Counted from the stretch's first letter, positions 46,763-55,085 are shown. The stretch is 64,000 nt of DNA from Clostridiaceae bacterium DTU079 (GCA_001512505.1 LFSC01000009.1:4201-68200), one strand, 5' to 3'. Made by a program: numbers and translations. The notes: generated by a model not told the origin, from the sequence alone.

Positions 46763-48166
46763 ATGAATTTAAGACTTACTTTTACAATAATAATTACAAA
46801 GCTTCTCATTTTTATTCTGAGAATTTTTAAACATGGGGGCACCAGCCTTCCGGGCAAGGTAGCCCGCAAAATATATCCTGACATAATCAAGGTAATTTCA
46901 AAAGATTTTAAGATCATAATGGTTACAGGAACAAACGGCAAAACGACAACAACCCGTATAATCGGAAAAGTCCTTGAAAATAACGGTGTGACCTATGTCA
47001 CAAATAAATCCGGAGCCAACCTTGTAAGCGGTGTCATAACCACATTTATCGACTCCGTTGACATCACAGGAAAAAGCAAAGCGTCCACTGCTTTACTGGA
47101 GGTCGATGAAGCGGCTTTCAATGTTGTAACCGATTTTGTACAACCGGATATTCTGGTGGTTACAAACTTCTTCCGGGACCAGTTGGACCGGTATGGTGAG
47201 CTTTATTCAACCTTGAACAATGTCCGATCCGGTGTTGAAAAATCTCCCAATGCGAAGCTCGTTTTAAATGCCGATGATTCATTGTGTGTATCTCTTGCAC
47301 ACAATTTAGATAGGGATGTGATATATTACGGCTTTGCTCATGGCGCCACCGACAGCGGTGAATCAATTGAAAACTCGGATGCAGTATACTGCCTTTACTG
47401 CAAAAGCAGATATGAGTACTCATACCAAGTTTACGGCCATCTTGGAGCATTCTCCTGTCCTAATTGCGGATACAGCCGGCCTTTACCCCAGGTTGCTTGC
47501 CTTAAGGTTGTCGATCTGAACAGTTCATATTCGGACATTGAATTCACACTGGAATCTACTGACGATGCCAATGAAAGAGTGTCTCACAATGCCAGAATAA
47601 ACTTGCCCGGTCTTTACAACATATACAATGCTTTGGCTGCAGCTTCATTAGGCCATTTATTGGGTTTTCCGGCTGGCAGTATCATAAAGGCAATGGAAAG
47701 CTTCGAATGCGGTTTCGGCAGAATGGAAACCATTGAAACTAACGGCAAAACCATAAAAATTATTCTTGTAAAAAATCCAACAGGCTTTAACCAGGTTCTT
47801 ACCTATCTTCTAACAGAGACACAAGAAGCTCAAATTGCTTTTATTATAAATGACAAGCTTGCCGACGGTACTGATATTTCATGGCTCTGGGATGTGGATT
47901 TTGAAAAATTGGAAAAAATACAGGAAAACATATCAATGTTCTACACCTCGGGAATCCGGGCGGAGGACATGGCTGTAAGGCTTAAGTATGCAGGTATTTA
48001 TACCGATAAAATCGCTCTTATAAAGGACCATGAAGAACTTTTAAACAAAGCCCTTGAAAAAACACAGGAGGGAAGAACGCTTTATATATTGCCCACATAT
48101 ACGGCTATGCTGGAAATCAGAAAGCTGCTTAACAAAAAATTCGGATTAAAGGAGTTCTGGAAATAA
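46763..48166 (+). CDS. murT: Lipid II isoglutaminyl synthase subunit MurT (Mur-ligase-like with DUF1727)
   Basis: 467-aa ORF: GGTSLPGKVARKIYPD, P-loop VTGTNGKTTTT, Cys4 ribbon (CLYCKSRYEYSYQVYGHLGAFSCPNCG) and a C-terminal DUF1727-like region (ADGTDISWLWDVDFE). Confidence 0.92.
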   Translation: MNLRLTFTIIITKLLIFILRIFKHGGTSLPGKVARKIYPDIIKVISKDFKIIMVTGTNGKTTTTRIIGKVLENNGVTYVTNKSGANLVSGVITTFIDSVDITGKSKASTALLEVDEAAFNVVTDFVQPDILVVTNFFRDQLDRYGELYSTLNNVRSGVEKSPNAKLVLNADDSLCVSLAHNLDRDVIYYGFAHGATDSGESIENSDAVYCLYCKSRYEYSYQVYGHLGAFSCPNCGYSRPLPQVACLKVVDLNSSYSDIEFTLESTDDANERVSHNARINLPGLYNIYNALAAASLGHLLGFPAGSIIKAMESFECGFGRMETIETNGKTIKIILVKNPTGFNQVLTYLLTETQEAQIAFIINDKLADGTDISWLWDVDFEKLEKIQENISMFYTSGIRAEDMAVRLKYAGIYTDKIALIKDHEELLNKALEKTQEGRTLYILPTYTAMLEIRKLLNKKFGLKEFWK

Positions 48167-48167
48167 T

Positions 48168-48914
48168 ATGTATGAATTAAATATATGTCATCTTTATCCC
48201 GATCTTTTGAACCTGTATGGCGACCGGGGAAATATAATAGCATTGAAGAGACGATGTGAATGGCGAGGAATAAACGTCAACGTCTCGAACATTTCCATCG
48301 GTGACAATTTCGATGCGGAAAGCTATGACATTATTTTTTTAGGTGGTGGCCAGAATTATGAGCAGGAAATACTTCATGATGATGTTATAAATCAAAAGGG
48401 AAATGAAATCCGAAACGCCATAAACAATAACAAGGTATTTTTAGCCGTCTGCGGTGGATATCAGCTCCTCGGAAAATACTATAAAACTTGGGACGGTAAA
48501 GAGATACAATTTTTAGATGCCGTGGATTTTTGGACAATTGGCGATAAAAAAAGAATGATCGGAGATTTTGTCTTTGAATGCGATTTTCTTAAGGAAAACG
48601 GCTTTGACGGAAAAGTTGTGGGCTTTGAAAATCATTCCGGCAGAACCTATTTAGGTCCAAATGTAAAACCCTTGGGCAAAATCATAAAGGGATACGGCAA
48701 CAATGGAAAGGATGGCTTTGAGGGAGCATTATATAAAAACGTTTACTGCACTTACTCCCATGGAAGTCTTCTTCCGAAGAATCCTGCTTTTGCAGATCAC
48801 CTTATAGCACTGTCATTAAAGCAAAAGTATAAGGATTTCGTGTCTCTTTCTTATCTCAATGACGAATTTGAGGAACTGGCCAACCGAACAATGATTAAAA
48901 GAATCATTGGATGA
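48168..48914 (+). CDS. gatD: Lipid II isoglutaminyl synthase glutaminase subunit GatD (CobQ-type GATase)
   Basis: 248-aa ORF starting 1 nt after the murT stop. Motifs: HLYPDLLNLYGDRGN, nucleophile Cys in LAVCGGYQLLG, GFENHSGRT. Confidence 0.92.
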   Translation: MYELNICHLYPDLLNLYGDRGNIIALKRRCEWRGINVNVSNISIGDNFDAESYDIIFLGGGQNYEQEILHDDVINQKGNEIRNAINNNKVFLAVCGGYQLLGKYYKTWDGKEIQFLDAVDFWTIGDKKRMIGDFVFECDFLKENGFDGKVVGFENHSGRTYLGPNVKPLGKIIKGYGNNGKDGFEGALYKNVYCTYSHGSLLPKNPAFADHLIALSLKQKYKDFVSLSYLNDEFEELANRTMIKRIIG

Positions 48915-48925
48915 TCAAAGCTATA

Positions 48926-48987
48926 AGTGAAGAAAAATATTTCAGAAACTAAAGTTTTACAATGTTTCTTTCATATTTTTCTTCACT
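48926..48987 (+). terminator. Long hairpin after gatD (copy B of the GAAGAAAAATAT hairpin family), probable terminator
   Basis: Arms AGTGAAGAAAAATATTTCAGAAAC (48926-48949) and GTTTCTTTCATATTTTTCTTCACT (48964-48987): 15 bp, a 3x3 internal loop (TTC/TTC), then 6 bp. 14-nt loop, followed by TTTTATAAT. Confidence 0.65.
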
Positions 48988-49049
48988 TTTATAATGTACC
49001 AATTAACAATATAGAATTTTTAACAGCAGATACCTAATGAACATAAAAT

Positions 49050-49111
49050 AATATGCTCCCCCTATGAAAACAGTCGGACTAACTTTACTGTTATCATAAG
49101 AGGAGCATATT
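49050..49111 (-). terminator. Long hairpin downstream of the dockerin gene, probable terminator
   Basis: AATATGCTCC pairs with GGAGCATATT (outer) and TATGAAAACAGT with ACTGTTATCATA (inner, 1 mismatch). On the minus strand it is followed by ATTTTATG. Confidence 0.55.
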
Positions 49112-49160
49112 CTATGTATATAATTATTTTACGCTACATTTTTTACTTATTTAAAAATTC

Positions 49161-50195
49161 CTAAAAGTAAAAGCTCCATGGGTCACTGCGGTCTACTCTG
49201 GGGTCTGTATCCCATGTAAACTCATCATCCGACATGTGATTGTTTTTATAATACCATACACCCAAAGCAGCTGTCTCATCAGCATAACTTCTAATCCACG
49301 ACTCATCCGAACCGTCTATCCATCCTGTGTTATACCCCATCAAACCGTGTCGAAGCACATCCTTGCCACTATATTTTTCCTGAGCTAACCTGGCAAAGTG
49401 TAAAAAGTGTCTAATTCCCATATGTGTGGATACTCCGACGTCATAGAAATTATAATCATTAAAATCGTACTGTGTCATTTCCGGAACATTTTCCTCAGGC
49501 ATATAGTTAGGATTCGCATTCGCATATGCCGTTTCGGCAGTCTGCAAAGGTCCGAAAGCATGTGCCGCCCCGCTTCCTGTTTCAGTTCCGGCCCTAAATG
49601 TCGACTCACGGGTAGCCATACCGAAGAAAAACGCATATGCTGCTTCTTTGTTCTTAAAACCGCATACACTTTGTATTACATCCCAGTGATCGTCAACCTG
49701 TTTCTTGATAATTGCCTTTACCTCGCTGACTTTCAGTGCAGATGCCTTTGAAATAAGCTCAGACTTCGAAGTCCCCGCCGGGAAATAACCGTCATTATAA
49801 TTATTGGATTGGGTAGGTGTAGGTGTGGATGTATATTTCGGAATTTGCGTCGGTGTTGCTGAAGGATTCGGTGTATAATAAATTTGTTCTTTCGGAAAAG
49901 TTTTTATTTTACGGAGCAAATATCTTTTCATATAGTTAACATCAATGCTATTAATAGAGTTATCTCCGTCAAGGTCACCGACCCAAAGATCGTCATCGGC
50001 AGGAAAATCTCTGATAACTCGAAGAATATATCTTTTAAGAAGTGTAAGATCAATACTGTCAATAAAATTGTCCACATTGACGTCTCCGATTGCCGGTCGA
50101 GTCTCGGAATAAACATAATAGGACTTACCGAAGCATAAAAATGTCATGAAAATAATCAAAAATACGGAAAGAGAAAGCAATATTTTTTTTCCCAT
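49161..50195 (-). CDS. Secreted protein with an N-terminal type I dockerin, a Pro/Thr linker and a C-terminal lysozyme/SLT-like domain (tentative)
   Basis: 344-aa ORF with a signal peptide and two dockerin repeats (GDVNVDNFIDSIDLTLLKRYIL and GDLDGDNSINSIDVNYMKRYLL). Linker TPNPSATPTQIPKYTSTPTPTQ. The C-domain shows an E-S (MATREST), GPLQ, GYNTG motif series reminiscent of family-1 lytic transglycosylases/GH23. Confidence 0.75.
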   Translation of the reverse strand: MGKKILLSLSVFLIIFMTFLCFGKSYYVYSETRPAIGDVNVDNFIDSIDLTLLKRYILRVIRDFPADDDLWVGDLDGDNSINSIDVNYMKRYLLRKIKTFPKEQIYYTPNPSATPTQIPKYTSTPTPTQSNNYNDGYFPAGTSKSELISKASALKVSEVKAIIKKQVDDHWDVIQSVCGFKNKEAAYAFFFGMATRESTFRAGTETGSGAAHAFGPLQTAETAYANANPNYMPEENVPEMTQYDFNDYNFYDVGVSTHMGIRHFLHFARLAQEKYSGKDVLRHGLMGYNTGWIDGSDESWIRSYADETAALGVWYYKNNHMSDDEFTWDTDPRVDRSDPWSFYF

Positions 50196-50307
50196 AATAC
50201 ATCCCCCTCAATTTAAATGCAATAGATATTTTCAATATTCATCTATTGATTGTTAGTTACATTGTACCATAGGATTAAAGCTGTATTCAAGAATATAGCT
50301 TTAATCC

Positions 50308-51414
50308 TTAACACTCCTTTTCCCGAGCGTATTTAAGGACCCTATTCAAAGTATCTTCAAAACACCCTTGCAACGAAACAAAATCCATATTGGGTATGTA
50401 ATAGCTCTCCAATTGATCGTGAATCTTTTTTGCTTTTGAAATGGTTTTCACTACTGTATCCAGTAGAATCTCGAAATTAGCACTGTTATTATCAATTACC
50501 TCTTTATATTTCTCCAATTGAGAACCGTGTAAATATTCATCAAGATTAATTTCCGTTGAGTTGCTCACATTTACACTATGATACTTGTTTGAAGTTGTAA
50601 AGGACAGATTAATCCCGGGTACTATCAAATGCTCAATTTTATTGGGGTTTAATGCACAATAAAACGATTCCACATCAAATCCTCTTTCCAAAGCTGCTTC
50701 CTTCAGTTTTTGAAGTATTCTCTGGGTGCCTGTTCCCGGCATGCCTTTAAATACGTATGTTTTTTCTGTATCTATTAGTGTATGAAGGTAATTTACTAGA
50801 CCGTTTGGAGTAATTGCACTGGCAAAAAGCCGTCTGTCTTTCCCTTCACATGAAGCAATTTCTTTATCCCCGAAATGCTCCTTCATAAGCTTCTCCGACA
50901 CCTCATTGATCTTTGCCTTATCTACACAACAGCTTTCAACTATTTCTTCATTGTCCTGATATATGGAATATGCAGCCTTCAAATATCTATAAGCCCTTCT
51001 GAATGTCCTTCCCACCTCTTTATTGGCATTCAATATTTCTTCTTTGTTTTTTCTTATTTCTTCTTCTTCCCAAAAATCTCCCAGATTAATTATCTCATCA
51101 ACCGCTCCGGGATTTTTCGGATCCACAACATGGGGTGCGGTTCCATCCAACAAGGCTACATTAATTGCCGGTATAACCACACCGTCAAGGCTGTTGTTAT
51201 CGCTGGAACAGTGCATAAACTCTACATCGTATCCCATGTTAAGCATCTCACATCCTATTTTTCTCATAAATGTCGATTTTCCTACACCCGGTCCTCCCTT
51301 AATACAAAAGATCTTGGAAGCCCTTTCCTGGGGTAAAATGTGATCGTAATAACTGAAAAATCCCTGTGATGTATTCCCTCCGGGAAACATTTCTCTAATT
51401 TTACCTTTCGACAT
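50308..51414 (-). CDS. Conserved double P-loop NTPase of unknown function (PRK06851-like)
   Basis: The ORF track gives 50308..51423. I prefer the ATG at 51414 (MSKGKIREMF) 9 nt after GGAGG. Two Walker A motifs (GGPGVGKST and GMPGTGTQ). Confidence 0.75.
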   Translation of the reverse strand: MSKGKIREMFPGGNTSQGFFSYYDHILPQERASKIFCIKGGPGVGKSTFMRKIGCEMLNMGYDVEFMHCSSDNNSLDGVVIPAINVALLDGTAPHVVDPKNPGAVDEIINLGDFWEEEEIRKNKEEILNANKEVGRTFRRAYRYLKAAYSIYQDNEEIVESCCVDKAKINEVSEKLMKEHFGDKEIASCEGKDRRLFASAITPNGLVNYLHTLIDTEKTYVFKGMPGTGTQRILQKLKEAALERGFDVESFYCALNPNKIEHLIVPGINLSFTTSNKYHSVNVSNSTEINLDEYLHGSQLEKYKEVIDNNSANFEILLDTVVKTISKAKKIHDQLESYYIPNMDFVSLQGCFEDTLNRVLKYAREKEC

Positions 51415-51595
51415 AATTAACATCCTCCATTATAAAGCTAATTAGCTTACCGGTATTTTGTGAAACCTATTATTAAGATATGCGTTTTATGAGGTTGTGA
51501 GACTCCAACACATAAATTTCAAACAAAAGTTACGGGGCATCGAGCCCCCATCGCTTTTTGGTCATTTCACTTGGTGAAATCCCACCAATAAAAAA

Positions 51596-51624
51596 AGAGC
51601 CAGAGTTGTTTTTACCCTGACTCT
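51596..51624 (-). terminator. Intrinsic terminator of the CBM3/VWA gene
   Basis: AGAGCCAG (51596-51603) pairs with CTGACTCT (51617-51624). The single mismatch is G-U on the minus strand. On the minus strand the stem is followed by T7 (51590-51596). Confidence 0.7.
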
Positions 51625-51687
51625 TTTTCCCCGTATTATTATCCCGTTTAGGGTACATTCCCCCCAATTATTTTATGCACCAAACGG

Positions 51688-54600
51688 TTATGTAATATCA
51701 ACCTTCATTGTTACCTTCACCGTCATATTCTCCGGATATGCCTCGATATCCTTAGAAACGGTCTTATTATCCGCATCTATGTATTCAAGTTTAAACTTCA
51801 ATTTTGCATCCTTGCCTTCAAACAATATATCACCGGGTTTCAAGAACTGAACCTTAATAATAAAGCTGTCAATGCTAAAGTTATACTTCTCACCGTCAAA
51901 GGAAAGAGGAACGATACCTATATTACCGGAAACCTTGTCCCTGGTCATTCCGTCAACCACAACGGTTTGGATTTCCATCCACTCAGGAACTTCCAGAACC
52001 TTAACCCCAACCGGGAAAATTTCTTCATATACTGCATCATTAAGGGATACATCATATACCGTTTCTAAATTTATTTGCTCAAATATATTGTAAAGATCAA
52101 TTTTGTTCTTTCCACTGTAAAAATGCTTTCCTGTATTTGTTACTTCCTCTGCACCACTGGCTACCGCAATAGTCTCCAATACTGCATCAATATCATTAGG
52201 CGAAAAGTCAATGAAAAACGGTCTGATTTTGCTTCCACTAATGATGCTTCCAATATCCTTAGCATAATCCAAAGATTTGTATAATACCTCATCGGACTTT
52301 ATATGCTGGGCATTTCCATCATCTGTTTTGGGCTTCAAAGTTACATTACTGGTACTTGTCCACTTGTTAGGTACGGAACCTGCAAGTACAACAATATACT
52401 TTTCCGCCTTTTTCCCTGGAGATTTGTTCAATATGTGATATGCTCTTCTCATGCCGTCGCCCAAATTACTATCCCCCGAAGTTCCGGGTGCAATATCGTT
52501 TATCTTTTTCTTCAGATCATTTACTTCTTTTTCGGAAGACATATTAAATAGCTTGAAATCATTTTTGTTTGCTGAGTCCGAGTACTGAATAACAGCGATT
52601 TTGGTTTTTGTACCTGCATATAAATCAACTAAAGCCTTTGCCACATCCTTGACAGATTTCAAGTAAGTATCGCTCTCGATATATTTCTTTTCGATAGAGT
52701 CAAATTGTCCTTGCATATGATTAACTGTAAGTCTGGCAGCACTAAAGTTTAGGTTGCTTCCGGCAATAGTTCCATTTATTGTATTGTTATTCCCATTAAA
52801 ATATATATTACCGGAATAGGGAACAGACGGATTTCCCGGAGCATAAGCTATTCCGTTAATTGTAGAGTTACTGGTCTGAAACTCAATGTTTCCGTTAATG
52901 GAATATACATATAATCTGTCATTAGGTCCGGTGGGATATATGTCTCTTCCCTGTATGGTAATATTACCGTCTGCAATAAGAAATCCCTCGTTAACGTTAT
53001 TTGTATTATTCAACGATATAAAGAGATTTGACATAAAATACATGGATGAATTTATTACAAGGGTGCCACCGCCTGTAATCTCAAATCGTTGGTAAAACCA
53101 GTTATATTCTATAAAAATATCGGTTTGTCCAGGCATAGGACGGCGGTTTATAGGAAAAAGAAAGTCCACGGGTTTGTAAACTTGCATATTCGCAGCTGCT
53201 TCATTAATCAACTGCGAGTGAAAATAAGGCATCTCAACCGGCATTGTAATGTTAATTAGTTCCTTTACCTCAAAGTACGGGCTTATGATCTCAAATGTAC
53301 AAGCGGTAGAAATACCGTCAATCTTTACACTGAAAGCTGTGGATCTAAATAAATTATTGGCATGAGTATTTCCGTTAACTACAGCACCCTGTCCTTGAAG
53401 TATTAAGTCATGGTTTGAGTATATTCCAAAATCCAGAGGCGTCCAAACATCCTCCTGGTAAGTATTTAATATCCCAGAGTTGTCAATTACCAGTACTATT
53501 TCATTTTCCTTGTTTATTTTACCGTCTACAATAAGTTCTCCCTCATGGTATATTGTTATGTCGGTAGAGGCTCCAAGCTCCGCTTCCTTTATCGAATTTC
53601 TTGAAAGCTTTATACCTTTATTCACACCATCATTAGTGGGTGACGGGGACGGAGGCGGTAATGTAATCTTTTCAATTATGACATTATCTATATATATATC
53701 ATGACTATTATTGGGTGATTCCCCAAACTTACCCATGCTGAAAACAAGCGTAGCTATTTGATCATAAGAACTTTTCATGGTAAATTCATAGGTATAAGTT
53801 TTCATATTGGTATCAATGCTCTGTGTCTTGGAAAAATATTCTGTATAGGTTGTTTGGTTTCTGATTGCAACCCTTATATCCCTTTTAACACTTGCCTTCG
53901 CATCAAAAGAAACCCTATATGTAGTAGCACTCTTCAATTCCAATCCATCCTGCATTAATTGAATAGACCAGTAATCCGATCCGACATTTTTTATATTCGT
54001 TACCGACCACATATCTCCATAACCGTCATTTACAACCGCGTTGCTGGCATCAGCACCGGATATACTTGTAGATTTAAATACCCAATTTTTTGATCCGTCT
54101 GTAAAATTACCGTTTTTGACAATTTGATTTGCAGGCATCGGAACATTCGGTCTTGGAGCTTGAACCGGCGTAGGAACATAAGTCGGTAAAGGAGCCTCGG
54201 TCGGAGTTGATACAGGAGTAGACGTTGAAGCAAAGGTAGGAGTCGGAACTACCGGTATGGTTGGCTCAACACTCGCCGAAGGAACAGAAGATAAAATCAC
54301 AGGTTCCGTTCCAAAAACTTTAACACCGTCTAAATACGCAGTCACCTTATCCCACTGTGCATAGTCAGTGTTTGTGCTGCAAAAAGAATAATCGTTTTTC
54401 TGGTTGAATTTCGGGTTATAATTGGGGTGATATACCCTTACTTTTATCTCCGAAAAGTTATTTGGAGCAAGGGTTCCCGCTGCTTTATTATATCCCAGCT
54501 CAATATACTTGTTTGCATCCGGTGAGTTTACCTGGATTATGGACCATGTTATAGAACTATTAATATTAGAATAGTTGTTATGTGCATAATCAACAGAGAC

Positions 54601-54867
54601 AGTAATAGGCGATACGCCGTCATCATTGAAATAGTACCTGAACTTGATGCTCGAAAGATCAACCCCAGAAGAGCCTAAATTCCTGACCCTAAAGTTGATA
54701 TACATCGCATCTATATTCTCTCCTGTGTTGCCATTGAAAAATTCAACTCTGATATTCTGTCCATCCGCATATACATTCATACCAACGCTTGCTGCCGATA
54801 TAATGCTTAGAAATATACATATATTGAGTAGTAGTATGCCGATTCGTTGGAGCATTCTCTTCGTCAT
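51688..54867 (-). CDS. Secreted multidomain protein: signal peptide, CBM3, Pro/Thr linker, CBM4_9/22-like module, then a VWA-like domain interrupted by a beta-helix-like insertion, and a C-terminal beta-rich domain
   Basis: 1059-aa ORF. CBM3 pattern (IRVEFFNGNTGENIDAMYINFRVRNLGSSGVDLSSIKFRYYF ... NDYSF ... KVTAYLDGVKVFGTEP). Second module KNGNFTDGSKNW ... IYIDNVIIEKI. VWA pieces IVLVIDNSGI and, about 290 aa later, KIAVIQYSDSA ... GDSNLGDGMRRAY ... KYIVVLAGSVPN. Repetitive GN(I/T)xxxG stretches lie between them. Confidence 0.8.
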   Translation of the reverse strand: MTKRMLQRIGILLLNICIFLSIISAASVGMNVYADGQNIRVEFFNGNTGENIDAMYINFRVRNLGSSGVDLSSIKFRYYFNDDGVSPITVSVDYAHNNYSNINSSITWSIIQVNSPDANKYIELGYNKAAGTLAPNNFSEIKVRVYHPNYNPKFNQKNDYSFCSTNTDYAQWDKVTAYLDGVKVFGTEPVILSSVPSASVEPTIPVVPTPTFASTSTPVSTPTEAPLPTYVPTPVQAPRPNVPMPANQIVKNGNFTDGSKNWVFKSTSISGADASNAVVNDGYGDMWSVTNIKNVGSDYWSIQLMQDGLELKSATTYRVSFDAKASVKRDIRVAIRNQTTYTEYFSKTQSIDTNMKTYTYEFTMKSSYDQIATLVFSMGKFGESPNNSHDIYIDNVIIEKITLPPPSPSPTNDGVNKGIKLSRNSIKEAELGASTDITIYHEGELIVDGKINKENEIVLVIDNSGILNTYQEDVWTPLDFGIYSNHDLILQGQGAVVNGNTHANNLFRSTAFSVKIDGISTACTFEIISPYFEVKELINITMPVEMPYFHSQLINEAAANMQVYKPVDFLFPINRRPMPGQTDIFIEYNWFYQRFEITGGGTLVINSSMYFMSNLFISLNNTNNVNEGFLIADGNITIQGRDIYPTGPNDRLYVYSINGNIEFQTSNSTINGIAYAPGNPSVPYSGNIYFNGNNNTINGTIAGSNLNFSAARLTVNHMQGQFDSIEKKYIESDTYLKSVKDVAKALVDLYAGTKTKIAVIQYSDSANKNDFKLFNMSSEKEVNDLKKKINDIAPGTSGDSNLGDGMRRAYHILNKSPGKKAEKYIVVLAGSVPNKWTSTSNVTLKPKTDDGNAQHIKSDEVLYKSLDYAKDIGSIISGSKIRPFFIDFSPNDIDAVLETIAVASGAEEVTNTGKHFYSGKNKIDLYNIFEQINLETVYDVSLNDAVYEEIFPVGVKVLEVPEWMEIQTVVVDGMTRDKVSGNIGIVPLSFDGEKYNFSIDSFIIKVQFLKPGDILFEGKDAKLKFKLEYIDADNKTVSKDIEAYPENMTVKVTMKVDIT

Positions 54868-54974
54868 AGTATTCTACCTCCTTTAATATGGTGCATGGTT
54901 GAAGTTTAAATAAAGTATGGTTAAAATGCGCTGCAAATCGTGTATGGTTTAGTAAAAAGCGTTTGATGTTTGCG

Positions 54975-55000
54975 TAGGTTTGGTTATTAGGTTTGGCTAT
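54975..55000. repeat. Tandem 13-mer repeat upstream of the CBM3/VWA gene
   Basis: TAGGTTTGGTTAT (54975-54987) is immediately followed by TAGGTTTGGCTAT (54988-55000). Lies about 110-130 nt upstream of the ATG at 54867. In addition, (G)TATGGTT recurs at 54916 and 54943. Confidence 0.6.
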
Positions 55001-55085
55001 TATTAAGTTGTAATTAATAAATAGAAATGTTTAAGCAATGATTCAACAAGGTACAAGATATGCGCTGAATGAAAGTAAATCCGTA

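Noticed and set aside
46714-46941. 75-aa minus-strand ORF overlapping the murT start, considered as the missing murA N-terminus
   Set aside because: The translation has no MurA-like sequence (no xSGAKNA motif). It is antisense to the well-supported murT 5' end.
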